Positions 47,866 through 60,350 of a stretch of DNA of 64,000 bases are shown here, in pieces. The notes beneath the pieces were generated by a model that was given only the letters and a program-made list of their open reading frames with translations, searched no databases and was not told the DNA's origin. Every line of letters starts with the position of its first letter. Positions within the stretch are counted from its first letter, which is position 1. The translations under genes and the position numbers were made by a program. Source of the DNA: Zootoca vivipara. Its lineage: Eukaryota. The DNA is taken from NCBI RefSeq assembly GCF_963506605.1, contig NC_083281.1, forward strand, positions 32,612,001 through 32,676,000, given 5' to 3'.

Positions 47866-49645
47866 TAGATACCTAAGTATAATTAGCTTAATACATAAAC
47901 CAAGATAATATATTCAAGTACATAGTGTATTCAGATGATTTCCTCCAGCTATAGGACCTTACCAGAGCACTGAGATCAACCTATGAGGTTTTGTTGTAAG
48001 TCTCCACTACCACCAGAAGCATAGGAAGTGAACATGAGGGACAGGGCCTTTTTGGTTATGGCACCAAGATTGTGGAATGCCCTGCTAAGACAAGAGTAGC
48101 CAACATGGGACCTCCAGATGATGTAGGACTACAATTCCCATTATCTCTCTCCATTGGCCATGCTGGCGGGGGCTGATATAAGTTGGAGCCCAAAAACATA
48201 TGGAGAGCACCACATTGACTACCCCTACTCTAAGGTAAGTCCATCTGAGCCTATCTTTGCTCTGCTTTTTTTTTCCTGACAGGCGTCTAAGGTGCATCTC
48301 TTCCAAAAGGCAATTTTAGTATTTGGCCACTGCTGCTGTAAGCGACTGATAAGTTGCTGAATTTATAGTAATTTTTAAGTTTGCTATTTTCCCCCTTTTC
48401 ATTATTTGTCACTGTAATTGCTTCAGTAGAAATATTGAAATAGAGTTTTAGTAGGAGTCACAGAGTATGGATACAACTTTTGCCTATGTTCTATTTTAGA
48501 TTCCTAACAATTTAGCGAAGCCTTTCCTCCAATAAATACAAATAACCGTATTGCCTTCTAATTATTGTTTTTTTTGGGGGGGGGGCGTTTCTAAAAAGGA
48601 AAGGAAATCAAAATAGCCTTCTCCATTCAAACTCAGAAAAGTCACCATTTTCACCGTCATTTGGGTGTCGAAGCCAGCTGGCTGCAAATCTGCATTCAGG
48701 GAATTTCAAAACATTTTCTCTCCTCTCTTGGGGCTCATGGTGCAGACAGCACTGCAGGAGATGTAAGCTGGCGACAATAGGCTGCTCCTGTGGCTAAAAG
48801 ACACACAGATGCAGCCCCCCATGTGCTAAAGGCCTTTTATGGAGAGAGGGAAAATGTTTCTGGTCATGCATATTAATAAAGGCGGCCTACTATAAAGATT
48901 TCCTAAAATAAAGACATTTGGCTATATTAAACAGATTCAGTGCTTGACAGTTTCTTGAATGGATGCCATTTGAGGAGGCGTAGCTACTTGAATCCCAGTT
49001 TCTTTCAACTTGTCATCTAGCACAAAAACAAACATTGGTCATTAAGAGAGGGGTTGAAATGACATGATTAGAGCCGTGATTCCCTCCTAGGCTAACAGTT
49101 AAGAGGATAGAGAGGTGAAAGGATTATAGTGAAAGAAAGAGCAGTCAAGCAAAGAGATCGATTAAGTTTATTAGTTCAGAAAGAAACAATGCGCGAGAAA
49201 AGGGGCATGCTACTACCGAGGGGATTTTAAAGACAGAAAACATAGACAAGATCTAGGGCAGTGCAGCGGTAGGATAAATATTTCAGAGAATAAAGATGTA
49301 TACCTCTGAAGTTCAGAATCATTGTTTTAATCAGAATTTTGTTCTTATATTTATAAAGCGGCTTCTCTTTCATACCAGAGTTAACAGTTCGGGGGTAAAA
49401 ATAGTGACAGCTGTTCAATGCTTAGGCCACATTTTGCTTCACCAACATGTATAAGCTCAAAGAGACCTGAATATGCCTCAGAGATATTTAACAGACACAG
49501 ACACAGACACAGACACCAATGTTTGCCACATACATCCACCCCTCCCTCTAACAGACGGTTTGGTAAAAATGAAAAAGCCCAAAGCAGAATGCACTTCGGA
49601 GCAACTGCATATCTATACAGTACAACCATTACATAAAAGGCATTA

Positions 49646-49777
49646 GTTACAGGTAGGTAGCGTGTTGGTCTGACGTAGTAAAATAAAATAAAATAAATCC
49701 TTCCAGTAGCACCTTAGAGACCAACTAAGTTTGTCATAGGTATGAGCTTTCGTGTGCATGTACACTTCTTCAGATAT
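49646..49777 (-). mobile_element. Penelope-like element terminal (pLTR) fragment
   Basis: gttacaggtaggtagcgtgttggtc...agcaccttagagaccaactaag...gagctttcgtgtgcatgtacacttcttcagata. Confidence 0.75.
49740..49777 (-). ncRNA. Minimal type I hammerhead ribozyme motif (Penelope-associated)
   Basis: Minus strand reads AUAU-CUGAAGA-A-GUGUACAUGCACAC-GAAA-GC-UC-AUAC: both core boxes, a stem II hairpin, palindromic AGCU stem III and stem I UAU/AUA. Confidence 0.7.
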
Positions 49778-49897
49778 TCTACGTTTGTGAGGTACAGGAC
49801 TGCAACCCCAGTAAACTTTACGGTGGAGCAGGGATTCAAATTTGAGTCTAGCACTCTAACCACTGCACTACACTGGCTCTGAACACATTATTTTGTA

Positions 49898-50103
49898 CAG
49901 TGGTACCTCAGGTTAAGAACTTAATTCGTTCTGGAGTTCCGTTCTTAACCTGAAACAGTTCTTAACCTGAGGTACCACTTTAGCTAATGGGGCCTCCCTC
50001 TTCCGCCGCCACCACACGATTTCTGTTCTCATCCTGAAGCAAAGTTCTTAACCTGAGGTACTACTTCCGGGTTAGCGGAGTCTGTAACCTGAAGCTACCA
50101 CAG
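49898..50103. mobile_element. Tc1/mariner-superfamily MITE (GGTTAAGAAC subtype)
   Basis: ta|cagtggtacctcaggttaagaac ... aacctgaagctaccacag|ta. Confidence 0.8.
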
Positions 50104-52286
50104 TATTTAGAGGGGGGGAAATAGACACAGAAATTTGAAAAATTAATTTTGAATTCAAAGTATGTTGTAATCCTGTAAGAAGAGAGCTCTTTGCATTTTT
50201 TCTTTTATTCACAGCTCCCCTCTCAACTCTCCTTCCAGCCTTAAGGGTAAGGGTGGACAATAATTTTAGAATGGTGAAAAGGCGCTTTGACGACACACCA
50301 AACAGACAGATGCACGACTTGCTAAATCCCTGAAAATTAAATTGTAGCTAGCTTATACCAGTGCTTGCTTCCATGCAAGAATAATAATAATATACATAAA
50401 GAAACAAATCCACCTTAGTCATAATGTTTGCCTCATTTATTTGTTTGTGTTTACTTCGTGGAAAATGAAAGTGTTTTCAGATTTGCTTTTAAGGTCTTTT
50501 GTTTCCACAGTATCAACAAAATAAGCTCTGTAACCTAGAATGTTTCTTTGGAAGCTGGGATTTTTTTTCGTGGGGAGGGGAGGGGGAGTACTGCAGAGCT
50601 CATGACAAAATAATGAGAATTGAATCTGGCTGCCTCTTGTGGTCTGGAACATGAAAAGCAAAGGGATTTTATTCTGAGGCTATAAATAACCACTGCCATT
50701 TACATTCAAAGACCAACCACGGAAAATTGCAGACCCCAGAGGAGAGCCTTAAAGACTGACATTGGTAGCTGATGGTAGAAGAGATACAAGAAAATGCTTT
50801 GCAGTTCCTACCAGGGCAAAATACTCCTCTGTGCCCCACTTATTTCCTCTGGCGAGCACATAATTAAGATGGTTAGCAGCAGGCACTGTGGATCAGGGTT
50901 TGCATAACTATAACATCTTTATATCAAGATGTACAGAATGAACCTATGGAGCCTTTCCCAGTATGTTAAGCCAATTCAAAGCTGTCACAGCTCTCCCTGG
51001 TGTCTAACCCCCAGCAGAGTCCCCCTACTATCTTTCTGGCATTTTTTTTCTTGTTGTTTAACTGACTGCTTTCCCCCACCCCACCCCTTCTCTTCAAATC
51101 TATCAGGTTCATCAAACTGGTGAAAAGCAAAAAGGAAAGGCATGTTTCCCCCCGGAGGCAACGCTGTTTCACACTTTGAGAAAGATGATTTCAGCTGTCT
51201 CTTTACTGGAAGTAAACAGCTCCCAAGGAAAAGCCTGGGCAAATGTCAACACTCTTGTTCACAAATGATTCCGCTGCTCCTGAGAAGACCAGGCACTTAC
51301 AGGTCACCAAAACCAAATAGTGGGAAGGGATCTCAAGGGTCCGGCATCTCATGCATGAACCTGCACCTAGTATGACCAGAAAGAATATGTGGGATCTTGC
51401 ACACTGTGCAAAGGAAACATGGTCTGCAACTAGCAATGCTGTCTGAGGCAGTGGTCATAGACCACCTGGCGAGCAGCTTTTAAATCAGAGGCTGGCCTCC
51501 CAACCAGCCCCAACTAGCAATTGATCTCTTTTTTAAGCTATTTATTATGGTGTGGGTGGGTGTGGGTGTGTGGGTGTGGGTGTGTGTAAAAGTCACCTCA
51601 TGTGGGCTTATTCTTTTTTTTTTAATCGGCATGTTGATAACTTAAAGAAAACTAAGTCATCTCACATTAAAATCAATGGGATTTGCAAGAGCTTAGTTTT
51701 GGCCCAAGCTCCCGAACAGGGGGTGTAAGACAATGATCACTTACACTTTCATATTGACCTGACAAATCCTTCATTTGCTGTGTGCACAAGGCTGCAACTT
51801 TCAGTAACAGTGCAATACCAAATGCTTCTTCTTGAGTTCAAGCAGATTATGCCCTCTGAACCATACCAGAGCTGTTGCAAGACTATTCATACACACACTA
51901 CCCTCCAAATTTTAAGCTGAACGGAACTTTTCCAACAGAGCCTAGCCCATCAGAGACTGACAACAATGAAGATATGTAAATGAAGGTGAAAAGGCAACAT
52001 AAGTTAGCTAACAAATCTTCCATCAGCAAAGCTCAGTTCCAGTGAAACAAGCATATCACATGTTTTCCCACTCCCATCATTAACAGGCTAGCATTTAGTC
52101 TTCTTCTAATTATCTTGCGTACTGGCCAGCAGTAAAGCCTTACAACATTCATCAATGAATAATGGCTGTCCACTGCTCCAGCTAAAACTCTGATTCCCAA
52201 ACAAGCATAGAAAGGTTTGTAGCAAGCCTTTTAAATGCTGGAATTTGCCCCTTTTCCACAACGTGCAGTTTAGAATGTACTATGTA

Positions 52287-52521
52287 CCGTGTTTCTCATA
52301 TTATAAGACATGTCTTATATTTATTTTTTCCTCAAAAAAACACACTATGGCTTATTTTCAAGGGATGTCTTATTTTTTCCCTCCTCCTCCTGCTGCGGCC
52401 GGCATTGCTGCTGCGCCTATCACTATGTCTTACTTTTGGGGTATGGCTTATATTCCTTGAATGCTTAAAAATCCTGCTATGGTTTATTTTATGGGTATGT
52501 CTTAAAATATGAGAAACAGGG
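52287..52521. mobile_element. Tigger/pogo-like MITE
   Basis: ta|ccgtgtttctcatattataagaca ... tgtcttaaaatatgagaaacaggg|ta. Confidence 0.85.
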
Positions 52522-52824
52522 TATACAGAGAAAGTTGACCCAAGACCCAGGGAAACTTGGGTCGGGTGGAGAGCAGCATCTGCCAGTGGGCTAGATCATC
52601 AGCATCTCCTGGTCCCACTATGGGCCCCTTTAATAGGTGGCTGGGGCCTCCCACCTGTCAATCACATGATACCACCATGGCAGCAGGTGATCCAACTTCA
52701 AAGGGACAGGGGCTTTCATCAAAAGGAAAGGGAAGATACCCTTCAAATGGGGCTTCCAGTCAGGCCAGGGAACCCTCAAGTTCAGCCAATCCCAGCGGGG
52801 CTTGCAGTTGGAACTGATCATCTA

Positions 52825-53154
52825 GGTAAAGGTAAAGGGACCCCTGACCATTAGGTCCAGTCATGACCAACTCTGGGGTTGCGGCGCTCATCTCACAGTA
52901 TTGGCCGAGGGAGCCGGTGTACAGCTTCCAGGTCATGTGGCCAGCATGACAAAGCCGCTTCTGGCAAACCAGAGCAGCACACAGAAATGCTGTTTACTTT
53001 CCCGCTGTAGCGATACCTATTTATATACTTGCACTTTGACGTGCTTTCGAACTGCTAGGGAGCTCACCCCGTCGTGGGGATTCGAACCGCCGACCTTCTG
53101 ATCGGCAAGCTCTAGGCTCTGTAGTTTAACCCACAGCGTCACCAGCGTCCCTCC
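52825..53154 (-). mobile_element. Sauria SINE
   Basis: 11-bp TSD ctgatcatcta; homologous to the other copies. Confidence 0.92.
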
Positions 53155-55081
53155 CTGATCATCTAATTGGCACCAACTATGAACTCCTTTTGGGGGAGAA
53201 TCAACAGCACTTGAGAGTGCTGGGGGGTCAATCCCAGCAACAAAGCAGCATTTGGGACCGGAATTTGAAAGGAGCCAAATGCCAACCCCGCTTTCTAATG
53301 AATGAGCAGGAGTGTGCTTCAAGTGTCCCAATTGTTCCTTCACTTATTCATCCCACACCAGGAATACATATCGATCCAGTGAACACAATCGGCATTCGCT
53401 GACTGTTTTTGCTTTCAGTCTGCAAACAATACGCAATTGATTACGTTGTTCTATCTCCCCACCCCCGTCATTTGCATTGTGTTCCCTTTGCTTTGAAATG
53501 AATGAGGTGGAACAATGTAATGACAACATAATTCAAGCAACAGTGTAAGTTATGTGATTTTGCCAATGCGGACATTGAGACCAATAACATAGTTCTGGGC
53601 AGAATACAAACTGCAGTGGAATGGAAACAGTACTGCGTGTAAGAAACATAGGGCAAAACATCCCTACTAGTGACTAGTAATCACTGGCAGGCTTATCCTT
53701 CATTGATTTCTCTACTCTCTTTTTAAGAGCCATTAAACGAACAAGAACATCTGAGAAGTTACTCTCTCTCTTCCTCCAAGTTCTTACAGGAGAATCTCCT
53801 ATATAAAAAATAAATAAATACAGCAACTGATTCACCCTTTTTTTCTTGAGGTTTTTTTTTTTTTTGTAAACACCCGGGATGCAAATAAGAGACTGAAAAT
53901 TAATCTGGCTTTTTAATGAAGGCTAAATATACTTCTTCCATTCAAAAAGGCAAACAGGGGAAAGAATCCAAAGAAAAAGCCATCCATTGTAGCCAAACAA
54001 CTCACTACCATCTAAAACCCTCTCTCAAGCATTTGACTTCCATCATTCTCCATTTTGCAAAAACGAGTCCAATTTTTTTAGAAAATCAGTCATTCAATTG
54101 CATTAGAAGGGAAATGCTGTAGGATAAAATGAGAACTAAATCAGAAAATAAAAGGGGAAACCCATCCGCATCTGGAAGGACCATTTCCGCTTATTAGCAA
54201 TGTAATGAAGCACATACTCACCAAAAGAGGAGCCAATCAGAGGGAGCCCGTAGGTGAGCCAGCAGAATCCATCAGAGAGCAACACATGGAAAAGAGCGAG
54301 AGAGGCAACATATTGATTAGCCAGGCAACGTAGCTTTCAAAAACAGCTGTACGTACAAGTGACCTTAATCCACAAAGGTGAGAGAGTTCATACCTACAGA
54401 TTTACTTTATTTCCCCCTAATGTCTAGCAGAAGTTGTTCCTTAAGACTTCCTGCAGAGCAAAAAGCAACTCAACCAGCCAGAGATTCATTCCGGACTCTT
54501 TTCAGACGTATATTTATAATTAAAAAGAGCGAGGATGGGTGGGAAGGAAGGTTTAAAAACCAGCCATGTGTTATTTAAAACACAGACGCTCCAAACATCC
54601 TGCATATGGCCAGGATGAGTGTTCCTTGTTTTTTGTTGTTGTTTTTTAATCTCAGCAATGAGGGTTTACGGGAAGCTCTGGGTGGTAATCTCGCATATGG
54701 ATCCGATTTTCACAACCGAAAAATCAAGGAGAGCGAGGAAATGACAGAGAATCCAGCAGAGTTTGGGAGAGGAGAAAATACGATGCTGGAATCTGGAGGC
54801 TAGGGGGGAGCTGATCGGCTGCCATGCTTCGCTTCTTGCTGGGTCTAAGCCTGGATCAGTTACGTAAGGGAAACCTTGTTGGGATGGGGGAATTGGTGGT
54901 CTGAATCTGTCCAGCTCAAACTCTTAATGGGTTCTGACTGAGCCCTCTAGTGGATTTTTAAAATTTATTTTTTACCAAAAAAAACCATACTTTTTAATTA
55001 AATTAACACTGCAAGCCAGCTGATCATACCAAATCCTACACACAAAAGGCGGTGACAAGTAAACACACCAGGTTGTTTCTG

Positions 55082-55744
55082 CTGTGTTTCTCCTAAAATA
55101 AGACACCATCTTATATTTATTTTACTTCATTGTAAAAATTTTTTTTTTAAGTACTGTATGGTACTCCTCCTGCCGCGGCCGGCGTTGCTGCTGCTGGGTC
55201 CCGCTGGCCGCTGACCCGACAGGCGTCCTCCTCCTGCTGCCAGCTCCCGGAGGCCCAGGGCGCTCCGCGCAGCGCTACTCGGCACTTTGTCAACGCTTTA
55301 GCAGCAGGGTCCGCTGGCTTGGGTCACTCGGTGGACTCGCTCCGCGCAGCGCTGACCTAGCAAGTATCCTCCTCTTCCTGCCATGGCTCAGCGCCACGCA
55401 GAGCACCCCGAGCCACAGCAGGAGGAGGATTCAAAGTGCTACAGAGCACTGCTGGGTCCCGCTGGTTCGGGGCTCCACTTGGCGTGCGCTGCTGGGCATT
55501 GCTGGGTCCCGCTGGCTCGGGGCTCCACTCAGTGCGCGCTGCTGGGTGTTTTGGTGGGGCTGCAGCAGTGGCAGCATCCGGTTCCGGGCCCCAACCCGAC
55601 AGGCCTCTTCCTCTTCCTTGGCGCCCTCCAGAACTGCACCTAGCACTACGGCTTATTTTCGGGGTATGTCTTATATTTTTTCAACGCATGAAAATCCTGC
55701 CATGGCTTATTTTATAGGTACGTCTTATTTTATGAGAAACACGG
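55082..55744. mobile_element. Longer GC-rich relative of the 52287 MITE
   Basis: TIR ctgtgtttctcctaaaataagac ... gtcttattttatgagaaacacgg; shares ctcctcctgccgcggccggcgttgctgctgc and the 3' arm with 52287-52521. Confidence 0.8.
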
Positions 55745-56577
55745 TGTTTAACTTTAGTTCCACAGTTTAACTATGTTGTGCACAAAGGAAGACTTTCTTT
55801 TTATCTGTTCTGAATCTTCAGTGTCACTGGGTGCACACGAGATCTAGCATTATGAAAGGAGGAGGAGAACTTTCCTCTACCTACTTTCTCCGTATCATGA
55901 ATAATTTTTACAATCTTCTGTCATTTTGCCTCTTACTCGTCTTATCTCCAAACTAAGGCACTGCACATCACCTTAGAGCTACAAAACATTGTCTGTCTTC
56001 CAGTTCATTATGGAAGTTTCATCGGATGCTTTTGCCTGAAGAAGGGCATGAGCTTGCAAAAGCGATTCCCTAACATCAATTCACAAAGTGAGAAAGAGGA
56101 TGAAATCTTGACTTTGCTTCACTCTTTTCCCGGTGAGGAAAGACAAACACAGCTACACCAATGTCCTGGGTATTTCCCCCCCCCAATAGTTTTCTGTGAG
56201 CAGCTGTCTGCTTCTACCCCCTTGCAGGAGACTGCCCGGGGGGGGGGGGGGTGAGTGAGCATCATCATCAAAGTAACCTGTATCCAGACAATGGCAATGT
56301 ATCTAATCTAGCTCTATGACTACCAGAATCAAGGTTATGGTCTCTTTGGCCTTCCTTTGTCTGCCATCGCAGGAGATGGATGGGGAGTCTAAGTGAGCTT
56401 GGAGACGTGATTAGGCTCATTTGTCTTGCACCTGCTACCTCCATAGTTGGGATCTGGTCAGTAGCCTGAGTTGCCATGTGGGAGGAAGCCAGCAAACAGT
56501 CATGTGCAAAATGCAAATCACAGCCAAGGGACTATCCAGGAGCAGAGGGCTAAGGACTAAGCCAAGTAAAAGTGATA

Positions 56578-56812
56578 CAGTGGTACCTTGGTTCTCAAAT
56601 GGCTTAGTTGTCAAACAAATCAGCTCCCGAACACCACAAACCCAGAAGTAAGTGTTTGCGAACATTTTTCGGAAGCCGAACGTCCAATGTGGCTTCTGCT
56701 TGAGTGCAGGAAGTTCCTGCAGCCAATCAGAAGCCACACCTTGGTTTTCAAATGGTTTTGGGAGTCGAACGGACTCTGGAATGGATTAAGTTTGAGAACC
56801 AAGGTACCACTG
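56578..56812. mobile_element. Tc1/mariner-superfamily MITE (GGTTCTCAAA subtype); a related fragment lies at ~20990-21172
   Basis: ta|cagtggtaccttggttctcaaa ... tttgagaaccaaggtaccactg|ta. Confidence 0.88.
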
Positions 56813-57004
56813 TATTGCTAGAAACATATGCAACAGATAATACAAGCTGAAACCACTAAGAAATTACAAGAGCCACTGAAGATGATGGTGATAATTTTTT
56901 TGTGTGCCAGCCACTCTGGGGAAACTTCTAACATAATATGCAGAAACACAGCAACAACCCCAACAACACAACAGAACACCACACATTAAAAGCTTCCTGA
57001 TACA

Positions 57005-57520
57005 GGCCTGCCTTCAGATGTCATTGGAAAGTCGTGTAATTGTTTTATCTCTTTGACATCTGCCAGGAAGGCGTTCCACAGAGCGGGCACCACTACCGAG
57101 AAGGCCCTCTGCCTGGTTCCCTGTAACTTCACTTCTTGCAAAGAGGGCCTTGGAGCTGTACCTTAGTGTCCAGGCTGAACAATGGGAGTGGAGACACTCC
57201 TTCAGGTATACAAGGCTGAGACCGTTTAGGGCAGGCATCCCCAAACTGCGGCCCTCCAGATGTTTTGGCCTACAACTCCCATGATCCCTAGCTAACAGGA
57301 CCAGTGGTCAGGGAAGATGGGAATTGTAGTCCAAAACATCTGGAGGGCCAAAGTTTGGGGATGCCTGGTTTAGGGCTTTAAAGGCCAGCACTAAGCCTTT
57401 GCATTGTGCTCAGAAATGTACTGGGAGCCAATGTCGATCTCTTTAGGAGCAGTTTATATTTGGTCGCTGCGGCTACTCCCAGTCACCAGTCTCGCAGACA
57501 CACTAGCAGCCCAATTCTGC
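57005..57520 (-). mobile_element. L2 LINE 3' fragment, interrupted by the MITE at 57232
   Basis: gttccacagagcgggcaccactaccgagaaggccct...tttagggctttaaaggccagcac...ggagccaatg. Confidence 0.65.
57232..57367. mobile_element. Palindromic hAT MITE (URR1-like) nested in an L2 fragment
   Basis: Same family as 12879; perfect 8-bp TSD gtttaggg. Confidence 0.9.
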
Positions 57521-57912
57521 CAACAATACTACAGGGTAAGATGCCCAGGACAGAATCTTCTTCCATACTTCTTCAGGTCTGCAGAGTGCCCCAAGGGCTG
57601 GATGAAGAGACCCGGGGGGTTCACATTGGGCCCCACACGGCCTGAAGTTCTCCACTCCTCCTTTAAAAGGAGCAAGGACTAACACACCCCAAGATAAGAA
57701 GAGCCCTGCTGGTTTACATCACTATCAAATAATCATAGAATTTTAGCTTTCTCCTGCTTTTCTGCCCGGCAACTGGCATTAGATGGCGAACCTTCCCTGG
57801 ATACAGAGGCTCTGCTTAGATAGAAAGAACTCAGTCCAGCTTTAGAGTAATGAATACACTGAAGACAAAAGACATTAGTGCACAGCAGTGGGGAAGGACC
57901 ATGGAAAACATC

Positions 57913-57941
57913 CTCTCTCTCTCTCTCTCTTGGTTTAAGCC

Positions 57942-57977
<36 letters not shown>
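57913..57977. repeat. Interrupted (CT)n microsatellite
   Basis: Direct read. Confidence 0.95.
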
Positions 57978-57981
<4 letters not shown>

Positions 57982-60314
57982 TGATGCTTTGCTGAGCACC
58001 AGGCTCCCTGCCTGGATGAGAGCCGGCTCAGCGGCTCTTTCAAAAAGCAAACAAAACTGTCCTCCTCTGACCTGGGGATGTTATCTGGGCAGCCAGTGAA
58101 TAAACAGCCCTCTCGAAGTCCACCTTCTGGAATAAATCCCAAGAGCTTTTTGGCCTCCCCAGCCTAGGCAGGGACACAGATGGTCCTGGAGATTATAACA
58201 TATAGGGGAATTAAACAAGGCCACACAAATGAGCTTCCTCATTCAACCCCCCCTCCCCAGGGTTGGCAGGTGCTCCTGGGGGCCGGTGGTCAGGATGTGT
58301 TCATTACAAATTGTTTACCTCTGGTGTCCTGCTATGCAATGGGCAGACGAAACGGGGCACACAAAAGGGGTTTGAGAGATGAGAAAGATAAAAATGGGGG
58401 TGGGAGGGGGAAGACAGGCAGGGCTGGAAACCGGAAGGGCCAGCTGCCTACTGAGAACAGAGACCCTTGCCGTCATGTATTCCGCTCCTTTTTAGGGTTG
58501 GTTTTGTCTTTTTTAATAGTCTCCCAAGAACGATTAGCATCCGGGTGGCAGAATTGTGCATTGGGATTGGTCATGCTGGGAAAGGAAATAAATAAATAAC
58601 AAGATGCGATATTTATCTTGCTGAAAAGACCCTTCTGCAAAAGGCCATCATCCATGCTTCAGCGACCACAAACACTCGTCCAAAAAGATAAAATGGGATG
58701 AGGAATTAGGTTGGCTTTGTGCTCGTGGTCCCATCCCATTCGTGTGACTTCTGCTGTATAATGAGACATGGCACCATTGGGGGTATTAAATTACTTAAAA
58801 TCTTGATGGGCAGAGACCAATCCTTCCCCTCCCCAACCACACACTGAACACACACACAGGCAAGTGTGCAGAAGGTTGCCAACCCCACTTGCTAATGTAC
58901 TAGGACAGGGGTAGCCAAACTGGCGCCCTCCTGATGTTTTGCACTACAACTCCCATCGTCCCTAGTCTTTGGCCATGCTGGCTGGGCCTGATTCACAGAA
59001 TCTCATAGCACTCGCTACAAAGAGAGTGTGGCAATTCTATCATTCTTCTCTGGCTCGGATTTGCATCTCAGACAAAGAAAAATCAAACTCCTTTCCTCTT
59101 CCCGTGCAACCATGCCAGGGGTCCAAACCGAGTCTAATTTGCTTGGACTCCGCCATATTACTTCCCTTCTTGTTGGAAGGGAGGAGAGAAAGAGCTTCAT
59201 TCCAAGGCAAGCCAGGGTTCAAGCTTACTGATCACTAAAGTGCCTATCACATAAAAAGTTCATACAGGGAAGGGTCAAAGCTCAGTGGTAGATTATATCT
59301 ACACTGATGGCACTGTGCAAAAGAGTATTATTCATATGTTCTGCATAATCACGGGGCTCCAAATCCATAGACCTGCAGAAAACCGCAACCAAAATCATTG
59401 GGGGTCTGGAGCACCTTCCTTACAGAGAGAAAGACAGCTAAGAGGAGAGGGACGTGATACGAGGTTTACAAAGTGATGCAGAGAAAGTGGTGTTCTTCTC
59501 CCTCTCATAATGACAGCTGAGTCTCAAAATTGCTCAGCTTCAAAAGCGCTGGAGCCTCAGATGCTCCCCAAACACACACTTGGCCCACAACAGCCAAGTG
59601 TTTTGTTTTGGTTTTTAAGCCATTTGCTCCACAGGCTATGAACGTCAACTCCTCCCTGACCACCACCACCCTTTTTAAAAAGTAGCTGTCAACCATCACA
59701 CTACAGAAGCAAATGAGAATGCAGACAACAAAAGAAAACACAGCAGCTATCTATCAGCAAAGACATGTGCACTAATAGGCCGAAGAGTATTTAAACTTGT
59801 TTGCGCATGACACCCTCTCTCTCTCCCTCATGCACCCTCTTCCATTTTCTGTTCCACATCAGAGGAAAGCAGCAAACAGTGCTGCTGACCCCATCTGCCT
59901 GCTTGAAGAAACGAGCGACACGGAAGGCGGCAGATTGGACAGGGACAATCTGTCCCATCCGCGAGAGGTTTACCTTCACGTCACAGACACGTGTGCTCAC
60001 CATAACATCAACAACACTGCGGGAAAGTCACGTTACAGCACAACGTGGAGCGGGAGGGGGGGAAAGGGAGTAAGTGGGTCATGTATCGCCCTCACTTACG
60101 TCGATCCCTAATGCTGTAATTAATGGAGCTTGTGCGGGAGATGTTTACTACTGTATTTAGAATGCTAACTGTCATCAGAGCCAGCAGATCTTTAGGTGTA
60201 TGCAGATAATTTTAGATGTGTGTGTGTATATGTTTGTATCTCAATACAGATATAAATATTTCCAGGTAGTCACTTAGCTTCTATTTTTGCTACTCATGTT
60301 TGCTCCACTTATCA

Positions 60315-60350
<36 letters not shown>
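60315..60350. repeat. (ATT)n microsatellite
   Basis: Direct read. Confidence 0.95.
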
